A DNA stretch of 64,000 bases from Magallana gigas (lineage: Eukaryota): contig NC_088861.1 in the NCBI RefSeq assembly GCF_963853765.1, forward strand, positions 12,276,001 to 12,340,000. The letters run 5' to 3'. Below the pieces are notes generated by a model. The model saw only the letters and a program-made list of their open reading frames with translations. It had not been told where the DNA came from and ran no database searches. Both the position numbers and the translations under genes were made by a program. Every line of letters begins with the position of its first letter. Position 1 is the stretch's first letter. Positions 10,379-23,139 of the stretch are shown piece after piece.

Positions 10379-13300
10379 CTTAATGTCGTGCAAGTTTTGT
10401 ATGCACTAGCATCTGGCAAATTTTTAATTGTGAAATAAATTTTGTAAAATATTTATCTTTTTTGTTGATATTTACAGTCAAATTGTTAAATGTCTTGTCT
10501 TGTTAATTGTTGTCAATTTCCCTCTCGTCTAGAGCGTTGAAAAAAGAAGACGAATTTTCACAGCTTGGTTTCATAGCTTTAATAACAAACGAAAACCAAG
10601 TTTTTGTGTTTATACCAACACATTTTAATATACAAATAAAATATATATCTGGATTATGCCAATTTGTGGTCAGCTTTGCTAAATATAAATTTCACAATAG
10701 CAAGGTAACTGGATGGAAAGACCAAAATTTACTTTTGGAATATCTGAAAGGGAAAAAACGTGTTATTGTCGAGAAACAAATGTAACGCAGGTTTTTGTTG
10801 TTTTTTGTTTTGTTTTGTTTTTTGGGGGGGGGGGGTTGCGACATTAGCTTAAGTATACATGTACTGTTAAAAGGATTTTTGTAATAACAGAACAATACAC
10901 GTTTTCCAAATCCATCACATAAATTTTATATAAATTCTATAAGTTCTGAGTGTACAGTTGTTGCATGTACGTAAATGAATTATATGAAATACAAACAAAT
11001 TCAACAACCATCCTTAGTGTATTTGTTTTTGGGTCAGACAAATCTTGGATTCTTTAAAACTCAGAAGAAACTACAGCATGGAATCAACAGACTAACACTA
11101 ATAAAGTTGATTTAAAGACTTAAAGATTTAAAGGTAAAACGAAACCAAAAACTTTTGACAAACTTGTCAGAAAATGAACATAAATTCAATGCATCAAATA
11201 ATTGTGGGGGAGGGGGTAAATTAGGACTAAAACCTTGTTTATATATTGATTTTTCGGAACGTTTTAATTGTGGATGGAAAAATGACAATAACAAACCGTC
11301 AACCATCTCAAAAATCCATAAAACGAAAACAAATTCAAAGCAGTGCAACACGGACATCCAAAAAGATAGAGGTAGGATCAGGTGTTTAGGAGGAGTAAGT
11401 ATCCTGCTTACTGTTCATACCCGTCGTGTGCTCTTTGTCGTACTGGGGGGGGGGGAGGAAAAGTCCGTAGACAATTAGGTACATGTAATTAATTATGATT
11501 TAACAATTAGTATGAAAAACGTCGGTCAGCATGCGACCCAGTGGAAGATTGTATTTGCTGACAAAAAGGTGACTTCAAACGGGACTTTTGATTGTCCTGT
11601 TTTATCAACTTGTTTGTCAGTAGCTTGCCTCGCCTTAGATATTGTTCATACGAAGAGCATGGCCTTGTGTATCGAATTGATTGAGAGACAAAAACACCAT
11701 ATGTAGGTATATAGGTATATTGCTACATAAGTAAGGAAAGTTGACTATATAAAAATTGAAGACATTGCGTTTATCCTAAAGTTTTGTTGTTAGATTACCA
11801 TCCATTTGCAGTAAAATATCCAAAAATGAAACAGATGACGCAGACTCTGTGGATACACACATAACCCATTACATTTGTTAATAAAGGTGTATTATCAGCA
11901 GTGTGTGTTAACTGTTGATGACTAATCGATGCTAAACACAAAAAATATTGAAAACAATGTTTACGTGGCATTTTTTAAATTTTGAAACATGAAGGACATT
12001 AGCGTAGAATGCCCCACTTTCTCCCGGCAGATATAAAAATAGCCTGTATGAACATACATTTAAATTTCCTGTTCTGTCCAAACATCGGAGGAAACCCCCT
12101 TAGGCAAGTTCTCGGTATTGTAAGCTGCAAAGTATTCTACGAATTTAAGAGGGTTCTCATGTTAACATTTATTGATGAATGACATTTTTAAGGTAACAAA
12201 ACAAAACTATGTGACCTCCTTCAATCTTTACATTTAATTTACATTAATTTAAATATGTATATGTATCATCAGATGAAGAGACAGTGTATTATTGCAATAC
12301 ATTTTCCCTGCGCTGACAAGTAGAAATCAAATTATCTTATAGTAAAATTGAAAAACAGTGCATAACACAATCTAAAGTGATCGCCTTGATAAATGCATAG
12401 GTTTACTTTGCATTTAAACAGGAGACACCTATAAATAAATAAATGTAGACAAGATCCTCCACGTAGTTGTGTCTAGATATAGATGCGTTATGCCCCCCCC
12501 CCCTCCCCCTCTCAGATAAGGAAATAAACCTTCATTTCTGAAAAACCTTCTCTGGTTCAACACTCTAAACTTGTTTATATAAAGAAAGGTCCTTAACTAT
12601 TTATTGTTTTTTATGGAAACAGTACAAACCCAAAATGTCAATTTATCTAAATTACAAAATCATTATAACCATATTATAAATGTATAAAAAATTGTTTAAT
12701 ATATAAAGATAAGGCAATGCAACTTAGTAAAATATGGTATTATTCACACTTAAAAAGGTGTACTTTAAGCTCAAATATAAGATTCAACCTATCGATTTCT
12801 TGACAATGTCAAAATTGCAACAATCTTTAAATTCAAATATTCTATCTCTCTTGTATACAATATTTGCTTGATAAAGAATAAGAGACAGTATACGCAAACT
12901 GTCTTTTAACCAGACCTCTAAATTGCGTATATTTTATAAAATATATATGGTTATTATACAAATTAATATAATTCTTCCAAATGAATTTAAATCTATTATT
13001 TTTTTGGAGGGATATTTTAAAAGACGAACCTTACAAATTGTTAATTAGAGGTTAAAAAAATGTAAAATGTATGCAAAATAAATGAATAATGTTCAGGGCA
13101 GAGAAGCAAGTAAGTGATCTTGTAAAGTGCTAATTGGAAGCACCATTCAGTATTCAGCTATATTAAGGTTTTCAGTCTAATCGAAAATGTAATGGTTTAA
13201 TGTATATCTTTTTAAATTTCTTATCATTTTCATTTCAAATAATCATGCTGTTGTTTGTGTTCGTACTCTGCCGGATATGGCATAATTAAAAAGAAGGATT

Positions 13301-13473
13301 CAATAAGACTTTAGATAAAGGACCAATGACATATTTAAAAGACTCAGGGGCAACGTAATTGACTCAAAAGAGGATTTGCGTCATAAGATCCGTATTTCTT
13401 TAAATGAATCAGCTTTTTTTACAATATTATTAACAATATGTACGAAAAAGAAAGATCGATACTGGGCCAAAAC

Positions 13474-13512
13474 GGGAGATTTTGAACGTCCTACAAAAGT
13501 GGTATATATAAG
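13474..13512 (+). promoter_or_regulatory. Core promoter of gene 3: GGGAGATTTT motif plus TATATAAG
   Basis: GGGAGATTTT at 13474 and TATA at 13505. Spacing is 31 bp, versus 32 bp in gene 2. Confidence 0.55.
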
Positions 13513-13564
13513 CCGAGGAGTTGCATGCATAAAACTATATTAACCTTTCCACAGAATACGAAAA

Positions 13565-15623
13565 ATGTTCAATATGATTTTTATATGTTTGGGAGTTTTT
13601 TGCATAATGATTTCAGTGAACTGTGAAAAGAAAATAGGTATGTTTTCTATTATTTTTAAACCAAAAACATAAACTTCAGAAATTTAGCCGGCATAAATTA
13701 TTGGAAAATATTATAGTTGTAGATAGTGAGTGTGTCTACACGAAGATCGATGAAATTCTGGGTGAAAAATTTAATACAACGACACAGATTTGCTGCAAGG
13801 GGTCAGGAGTTCACGATAAATATCAACTGGGACAGGAAGTAGAATGCTGTGGAGGTAAGAAATTTTAATTAAAATCAACATTTATTCACATAAGTGCAGA
13901 AGATGATTTTCTTTATAACGACATGCCATCTTTTTTTTTAATCATTTATCCAAACGAGCAATGACCATTGAAACAATAATTAATTCTATATATTATATAC
14001 TCAGGAACAACTATTTATTAAATGCAGAGGTTGTATTTCATTGCAATTTAATAAACGTTCAAGTTTTATGGAGAAAGAATTGATTTTACTATAACAATAT
14101 TTTTACTGTGTTTTTAAACCTTTATAAAAAAAATTAAATGTAATCTATTTTAAATCGACAACTAACACACATAAAGTGCAACAAAACTGGTAACTAAAGG
14201 TTTTTAATTACAGATTGATATTTGTTACATGTTATCAAAATGAAGAGAAATAGCTATGCATATAGATTTAGGAGTTCTCTGAACTTATTTTTTTACGTGT
14301 TCAACATTATCTAACAGGACTGTTTTAAAATCGTCCCTTTTTCTATCTCAGAAAGAATTTACAGAAAGGAGAAAGAGATGTGTTGCAACGGACAAGTCCA
14401 TTCAAAGGATAACAATGTGAAAAACTGTAAACAGAGTTAGTATTCATTTGTTTCGTTTGGACGTTATTTTTAGGTTTAACAATAATCAGTTGCAGTATAG
14501 TGAACTGGTTGAGTTTTATCATTTTTGTGTCAAGTATGAACAGGAAAATGTAACGCCTCCAGAAAAATTGATAAAGCGCAATTCCTAAAAAACCTTTAAT
14601 CTTCCTTCTATAGTTAAGAAAGGTTCTCACGAAATTTATCGTGGAGGCGATATATTAAGTATTTTTCCATGGTTTAATATCATCAGATGTATATCGTGAT
14701 GGCTTCAATAATATTGTCCCTCCTACTAGTAAATTACTAAATATGTAATATATCCCTGAAATATTTTTAATGGACCCCCGAATGGATTTAAATTGTTTTA
14801 AATCCACATATCACTGCCATTGTTTGGAAACACTTATCTCAATTGAAAGTTGGTTTCTTTAAAAAAAAAAATACATTTTTGTAGCTTTTACCTATAGTTT
14901 ACTATAAACAACGCATCAGTTGCATTATTGTACCTATAAAAAAAAACCCGTTGATACAGGTTTTTACGGCAAATAATAGTAGACTAAATTAAAAATATAA
15001 TCAATCATTTTATTGATTACTAGTATTTCTATCTATGATATCAAGCATTTCAGTATATTCTACTTTTGTTAACACAATTTTTTAGTGGGTTGTCAGCTAC
15101 TTATATGCGTATGTTTCATATAAATTCCTAATTAATTTAACTTAAGATCAAAGGTTTATTTTAAAATACATTTTCTTCCTTTTTAAGAATGCATTTACTG
15201 CTTCACAGTTTAAATAACGCTATCAAATGTCAGTTGAAAATTATCTCTGGAAAGGAATAGTGGCGATTTTTAAATGACTAGGCTTGGATTGTTTTCATTA
15301 ATTAAAACCTATGTTTTTCAAGAAAAAAAAGTATATGACTTTTTACAGGAACACAGATCTTGGACAGTTGGAAAGTCACTAAAACAAGGTAAATACCTTA
15401 TCAAAGTAAGCAAGAGAATATTCAACTAATATTTATCCAATAATCATTATTGGTTCGTTTTCCCTTGCTTTTATAAAGTTTTAAACGTTTTTGTTTCATT
15501 CCTTTTAGATACAATAGGAGACATTTTATGGAAGTCAATGGATTTGTTGGGCGGGTTTTGAAATTGTGGTTAAGAAAATTAAAACAAAGAAGGCCATTGG
15601 TGATAGTGTTCAAAGCAAAATAA
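13565..15623 (+). CDS. Secreted galaxin-like CC-repeat protein, gene 3 (149 aa), with cationic tail
   Basis: Exons 13565-13637, 13717-13854, 14352-14435, 15349-15388, 15509-15623(TAA), all GT-AG, 450 nt in frame. MFNMIFICLGVFCIMISVNCEKKI-VVDSECVYTKIDEILGEKFNTTTQICCKGSGVHDKYQLGQEVECCG-ERIYRKEKEMCCNGQVHSKDNNVKNCKQ-RTQILDSWKVTKT-RYNRRHFMEVNGFVGRVLKLWLRKLKQRRPLVIVFKAK*. Confidence 0.85.
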
Positions 15624-16263
15624 ATCTATAGCCATGATGCATGATACAATTTCATTTCAATGCAAGAATGTATTTTATCAGTAAATAAGGTTGTGGTAGA
15701 GTGAAATTTTATGCATTAGATATGTTTATTATGTTATATGTATTATTGCATAGTTTTGGTGATTATGTTCCATTTTTTTCTAACATGAAAATATTTGAAT
15801 ATTGGTACAGTGTATTGTTTTCATATTACTATTTAGTCAATGCAATATTCAATTGAAATATTTAAATCAATTATTTACAGTTATCTTACCACAATGTTAG
15901 AGTCCTATCATTTGTTTTTTTAACTGTGGCAATGCAAAATCTATATTTAGAAGGAATACCCTTCTACCTGTATTCCTATATTTCTATTGTATAAAAAAAA
16001 TCAGCTGTTACTTCATTGGTCATGCCAGACTCATGTGACAATTTTAGTGGGTCTTCTGTTAAACCAGTTCTTGTTCTGAAGTCTACTTCTGTTGACCTGA
16101 AATTTACATATTTTATCAGGTCAGTTGATTTACATTTTTTTATACTAGCTAATATTTAAATAGTCATATTATGAGATTATTTATAGAGATACTTAAGATA
16201 TTATATAGTTGGCTTTGAAAAAAAATGACTAAATATTATTTTAAAAAATGTTTAGTAAAACTC

Positions 16264-17031
16264 AGTCTGGTCAATGAGTACAAAGCATTGTAAGTACATG
16301 TGTATTTTTTATTTTCTTGAACTAAGATTATCAACTACAGTATTCATTTTACATTCTGAATAATTTTCCTAATCAACCTTTACACTTCACGTTAGGTATA
16401 CACAGTTTAAGCAATTTTAAACATGGTTTAAGCTTAGTTCATGTATAGTTGAATATATCATTATATCATAGTATAAGCAGTTTTTTAAAAATGATAAATA
16501 TTTCTATAATTTCATTATAAATTCATGTGAAATAATTTTGACATGATAACTTAGTTTTCTTCATGCGAATGTCATTATAATTGTTTATTTATTTAATTAC
16601 CCGATAATTTGTTTAAGGATACAAATATTTTTGAGTCTTGTTTGAAAAGAGAAATACTTTCATCTTATGTCAAAACTGCATGTATGTAAGAGTTATCTTT
16701 CCTATCTCACAATAATTTTATTTCAGGGTTTACCTATATCCTTACTTACACCTATTTTGTATGATATACTACTTTGTTACATCAAATAAAGAAGTAAACG
16801 GAATGAACATAGTTACTTCAGCATCTTAGATTAAATGATAGTCTGTTTGTACATAAATATAGCCTAATCTATTGCAGATCAGTTAAATATATCATATAAA
16901 CAGCTAAAACAAATTAGAATAAGAAGCAGATATAATCCTGACTCTAACAATTTACATCTGCGCAACATGAGATTCATTTCTTGTTATTTCTTTTTCTTTA
17001 AAATTAATTGGCTTGTGACACACTTTTGCTC

Positions 17032-17098
<67 letters not shown>

Positions 17099-17949
17099 AC
17101 ACACGCTATCTTTATCTCGTAAACAAAACAGAAGAATATGATAACCAAAAAAGACAAATAATAAAGAAATAAGAAAAAGTCTGGTCAATGAGTACAAAGC
17201 ATTGTAAGTACATGTGTATTTTTTTATTTTCTTTAACTTAGATAATCAACTACAGTATTCATTTTACATCTTGAATAATTTTCCTAATCAACCTTTACAC
17301 CTCACGATATGTATACATAGTTTAAGCATTTTTTAAACAAGGTTTAAGCTTAGTTCATGTATAGTTGAATATATTATTATGTCATATATATTAGTAGTAT
17401 TATGAAACTGATAAATAGTTCTATAATTTCATTATAAATTCATGTGAAATGAATTTGACATTATATCTTACAGTTTTCTTCATACCAATGTCATTATAAT
17501 TGTTTATTTATTTAATTACCCGATAATTTGTTTACGGATACAAATATTTTTGAGTTTTGTTTGTAAAGAGAAATACTTTCATCTTATGTCAAAACTGCAT
17601 GTATGTAAGAGTTATCTTTCCTATCTCACAATAATTTTATTTCAGGGTTTACCTATATCCTTACTTACACCTATTTTGTATGATATACTACTTTGTTACA
17701 TCAAATAAAGAAGTAAACGGAATGAACATAGTTACTTCAGCATCTTAGATTAAATGATAGTCTGTTTGTACATAAATATAGCCTATCTATTGCAGATCAG
17801 TTAAATATATCATATAAACAGCTAAAACAAATTCGAATTAGAAGCAGATATAATCCTGACTCTAACAATTTACATCTGCGCAACATGAGATTCATATCTT
17901 GTTATTTCTTTTTCTTTAAAATTAATTGGCTTGTGACACACTTTTGCTC

Positions 17950-18008
<59 letters not shown>

Positions 18009-18113
18009 ACACACGCACACACACAAAACTATATCTCTCACGCTATCTCTATCTCGTAAACAAAACAGAAGAATATGATAACCAAACAGAGACAAATAAT
18101 AAAGAAAAAAGTC
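16264..18113. repeat. Near-identical head-to-tail duplication, two units of about 914 bp, each ending in a (CT)n tract
   Basis: Both units start agtctggtcaatgagtacaaagc (16264 and 17178). (CT)n at ~17034-17093 and ~17953-18003. AGTC occurs at all three unit boundaries. Confidence 0.92.
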
Positions 18114-20136
18114 AAAATGCAAACTTAAGCCAAATTATACAAAAAGACTTTATTTATTAATTAAATTAAATCTTTATTATTCCATTTAATCGAAGGCAAT
18201 GAAACTCTGTAAAATTGTTTATTAAAGTGCTCTTGTATAGATTTGTACATTATACAGGTTGGAGTGTATATAATTTGTCATGAATTTGTAGTAATGGTGC
18301 GCAAATCTTTAAATGTACATTCCAGGAAAAATAAAAAAAAATCATCTGAACCAATGAAAGTTTTCTCTCCGGTAAAGTAATCAAACACAATGGAAGAAAA
18401 TTTATCACATACCTAATTTTAACAATCTGTATTTATCAAAAAAAGGAAAACGCAGTGTCAGAAATTCGAAACGAGAATAATGAATCGGACACTTGGCTAG
18501 CGAAAACGAGGAAAACGTATAATCTCCTAAAGGATGTTAATGCTTGTCCATATTGAACTAATCATAATTTTAAATCAGAGGCAATAAAATTCTTCAAGAC
18601 ATATTTATAGTAAAGTGTCTGCATGATGAGGTTGCAAGTCGAACCATCTTCGTCATGCAGCATGATGACAGTTTTTGGAATGGATTTAGGACCTAAATGT
18701 GATCATATGTTTTCAAATGTCTGTTGGCATTATGTAAAATGTTTCCCGACATTTCTTTTATAGGAAACCTAAGAATAAATGTACAAAAGCAAATTTTTAA
18801 ACTCATCACTAGTGAGTTTTCTGTAATTCTTTGTATCAATAAAAAAAACTTTCTTAATTAAAAAAAAATGGGTGCAAAGCCAAATAGAACAATACGTCAT
18901 CAAATAAAGTTACCATTTCTCATGATTTATTTGGTTTTTAACATTAACTTTCTGGATTTTATAATAACAATAATGCAATATCATAGACATCAAAAACATA
19001 TGATCACATTTCCCAAGGGAATGGGTTCAGGTCCTAAGCACATTCCCGGAAATGTGATCCCATGTTTCAAGTTGAATGGCGAAGTAGGGCCGGCTTCAAA
19101 CTCCGCCATACAAGTATTATACAGGTTCTATCCCATTTTATGTCTACAAGAATGTAAAGGACACTTAATCCACATTATGAATATTTCAATATGAACGAGC
19201 AGTTAAATAATCTTTGAAGTTTCATGTTTTATCTGTGAGTGTTTGATGACAAATTGTCAAAAATTGAAATTTGCTGTGTTTTCTTGCAGTATGATTGAAA
19301 CTTCTTGATCTGAGATAACATTTTTATTGATTTAAAGTCAGGGTATTTGTTTAATTGATTTAACAATAGTATGAATTGAAAGTAGAATTGCGCACCTTTA
19401 ATAAACTCAAAATGTGCAAATACCTAACTGTGGTATATTCAGGTGCATGTTAGAGAGCCTCTACAAACAGTTGGTATGATTTTCTGACTTCGGATGTTAT
19501 GCAATAATAAAAGATAATGTGATGATATAGTTGTAAACTTTGTTTCGTTTGGTTTTGCACCTTTTCCTTGTTTGCACTTTTCAAAATTTAATCTAAATTT
19601 AGATATTCTTTTTTTCTCGTGAAAAAAGAGAGAAAGAAAATACATACATCAGACATTAATGATATCACATACTTACATCAGAAATTAATGGTCAGATGCT
19701 TTTGTTGAGGTGGGGGGTATTTGGACGGATAAATTTTTTTTCTTTATATAAAAAAAAAAAATAAGAGGGAAAATGAGTTGAAATTTGCCGACTTTGTATT
19801 TTGTGTAATAACTTCGTCCTCCTTTTTCATCTCTATTTTGATTTTTTATTCAGAAATTGTGACAATATATTACGGTTTAAACTCATTGATAGCGTAGTAA
19901 GATTAAATTGTAGCTGGGTTTTATGACAAAACGGTTCAATGCTAGAAACAATTATTCGTAACCAAATATAATGCGATAAAGATTGCAGAAAAGCTCGTTG
20001 ATAATGAATATAGATCTAATACATTTACACTTCAGTTTCCTTTCTTAACAAAATGCAGGGGAATACTCCAATGCCAAAAGTCTCTTTTTGTTTCATATTT
20101 ATGTAAATTGTTATAGTCACTGCATGACATTATTGT

Positions 20137-20275
20137 NNNNNNNNNNNNNNNNNNNNNNNNNNNNNNNNNNNNNNNNNNNNNNNNNNNNNNNNNNNNNNNN
20201 NNNNNNNNNNNNNNNNNNNNNNNNNNNNNNNNNNNNNNNNNNNNNNNNNNNNNNNNNNNNNNNNNNNNNNNNNNN
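20137..20275. other. Assembly gap (N run)
   Basis: 139 consecutive N. Confidence 0.99.
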
Positions 20276-21578
20276 ATCATTGAAAAATGAAATCTAATGT
20301 CAATGTGCAGAAAGACATTGTTAGAGTCAAGATTATATCTGCCTCTAATTATGATCATTTTTTACTGTTTATATGATATATAACTGTTTATATTATATAT
20401 TTGTTTAACTGATTTAAAGAACATAAATATTATTTGTAATTTTTTTACTTTAATTCTAAAGTTTGATCCATTATAATCGACTAATTTTAAGCAAATTAAA
20501 TAAATATCATTTGTTTGCTCCTAATCGTTGGCATTATGTAATCAAAATGGTATCAACATATTAATAAGAGAAATTGAATAAACTAGTCTTTTCAAGCATT
20601 TTAACATTCACGGAAAATTTTCTCAGAAAGGTATGCATAATGTCACCTCTTCAAAAATGTAAAAATGTATAATTTTACACATATGTTCAAACGTGTAAAT
20701 TGCAAAGTGCCCATAAGAACCAGCAGTTAGTATTATTTTTTTTATTTTTTGCTTCGTAAAACAAATAGCTTTATTTTTCTCTACAGTGTGAATTCTTAAT
20801 GCGAAGGTAAAAGGGCGACATATGTTTTGATTATAAACAATGATAAGAATTTTTTGTTGTTATATTTACATAATATGTGCATATTATATTAGAAACGATG
20901 ATCTTAAAAAAAGACATTACGGTTGCATTCAACATTTCCTAACTGTAATGATAAAGATTTCGGCAGAAAAAGAGAGAAAACGTAAAGAACAGCAATCAAC
21001 CATATAAGATTGAAAATACATGTTCTTATGACTAACAAAAAGCTATGTGAGCAGACGTATTCAACTTGTAACGTACTTATACAAGTACGCGTAAAGCGTT
21101 TTGTGCAACCTCTTTATTAATATATATTATCACATAACTTTAAGGATACGAAAATATGATCCCGTTATTTCTTTTTCATTTAATACAATTTTTAAGGAAT
21201 CGTATTTGGGAGCAGCATAGTTTTTTTTATGTAATTTGTAATAATTTGATTTTTGTCAATTTTAATTTGCTTGAACAGAATACTTATTTGATAAAACTGA
21301 CATATTATTCATTAAAGCAAAATACCTATTTGTTATTACACATTGCTTATCCGTATCACAAATTACATACCGATGTCTTTTCTCAACTTATCAGCTGGGT
21401 TAATCAATTTTGTAATTTAATTAACAGATTTATACAACATGATGTGTAAAAAATAATCATTTGTTTTAACAACGTACTAATTTGGACATTTGCTTGATTT
21501 ATTATTATAGAATGTTACGTTCCCTTTAAAGTGGAACTACATTTTTGTGCAGGGAGCTATTTCAACTGCTGTCAAGTC

Positions 21579-22355
21579 AACATCCGGTAAACGGCACATC
21601 ATAGCTACAGCCTGGCCATGTTTATGTGCCCGGCTAATAGTACACAAAAGGATGGGATATTTTAATAATTTGAAATGAATCAAAGCATGGATGTGTGTTT
21701 ATTTTTCTCATTAGATTATTTCTTCTCTATCTATAATAATGATTGCAAAATTATTCTTATACACAACATTAGCAGTCTTACTTTTTGACCCCCTTTTTCT
21801 TTTTCATAATAACAAATCAGACTTCCAATATCAACTAAACATAGGTCCCTAGGTTACAATGTTTTACTTTTTTCTGTGATCCTCTTCAAATCTAGTCTAA
21901 AGACGTTTTCTTAAAATTGCATTAAAACTTATTTATTAGACACACAGAGTCCTCAATATTAAATTAAATGAGTTTATAAGCATATTTTTCATATTGAAAT
22001 TGTAAAAATAAAAAAATCGAAGGAGGGTCAGATATTCAATACTCCAGTTTCAATTTACTGTTGAACACGCTACTAAACAATTCCCACAAAATATGTACAG
22101 TGATTTAGCTTAAAAAAGGATTTCTAATTATAGAATTAATGTAAACAATGTACAAGTATTCCGCTGCGCAGCAATATTTCAAATGAAGTATTAAGAACGT
22201 TACAAATAACAAGATAACCTTGTAATGTTTTGATATATCAGATGTAAATTGACACTGGCCGACTAAACATCCGGTAAACGGCAAACCCTAGCCATAGTCT
22301 GGCCACTGCTTACGCCATGCGCCCGGCAAATAATACTCGAGTGGATGGGATATTT
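21579..22355. repeat. Two diverged copies of a ~85-90 bp GC-richer segment (21579-21663 and 22266-22355)
   Basis: Shared aacatccggtaaacggca...tggcca...gcccggc.aata.tac...ggatgggatattt, offset 687 bp. Confidence 0.75.
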
Positions 22356-22471
22356 AAAAATTCAAAATCGGTCAAAGGATCTTTTTTTCTATCTATTATT
22401 GACGAGTGCAAAATCATTTTTTAAACAGCATTTTCAGGCCTTACGTTTTATGTATAATTTTATATCTTAAA

Positions 22472-22645
22472 CATCAAAGCATAGTTTTTGCTCCTTTGTA
22501 TCACTCTAGTAAAATTGGCACCATGACAATATTTTTCATAAGATGATGAGATGGGTCGTATGCACCTCTATCACAGCACTGAAGTCGTCATGGAAGGAAA
22601 AAATCATTTTTCCGTCAGCACAGTTTGCATGGACTATCGTAACTT
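22472..22645 (-). pseudogene. Decayed copy of exon 5 of the galaxin-NTR gene
   Basis: The reverse complement gacgacttcagtgctgtgatagaggtgcatacgacccatctcatca...tgtcatggtgccaatttt aligns to exon 38917-39084 (gacgacttcattgctgtggtaaaggtacatacgacccgtctcacca...tgttatggtaccaatttc). It contains stops and indels. Confidence 0.75.
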
Positions 22646-23139
22646 CTAGCTCAATGCCTTTCCGACAAGCGATTTTTTCAAAATTAAATCAATGTTTTAC
22701 ATAAACGTCCATGATATCCCCCTTTTCCTTATAAAACTTAACTTAAATGAAGGACAGTATATTACCGGCCGAGATTAAAAATAAACCTCATTAAATTCAG
22801 TAACATCCTCTAAAATATTCACCTGAGCAGAAGAGCAGATACTTAAATAAATGGTAAGCGACTAGATTTTTATAGATTCTGACATCTGGTGTTGATACAT
22901 TTAAGGTGTTTTCTTAGCATTTTGAAAAGGAAATTAAAATAGCTGTGTCAGAAGATGAAATCCTATGAATAGTGAATTCCCATAATTTCAAATTTTACAG
23001 AAGATTCATAAGAAAATTGATTAGCAATTTATATTCTATTAAAAAAATGATAATACCGAATCAAACTCACTTTACTTCCATACCCTTTGATTAATTTCAA
23101 TTCCAGAGCAATTTTCCAGCGTATGAATTTTTTTTTAAC

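Noticed and set aside
11950-12160. Short protein-like stretch on the minus strand (PLKFVEYFAAYNTENLPKGVSSDVW..)
   Set aside because: Too short, bounded by stops, with no recognisable family or exon context.
16952-18160. ORFs with ERERER or LSLSLS runs (also 42202-42462 and 55836-56375 read-throughs)
   Set aside because: These are translations of (GA/CT)n microsatellites. The real exons end at GT donors before the repeats.
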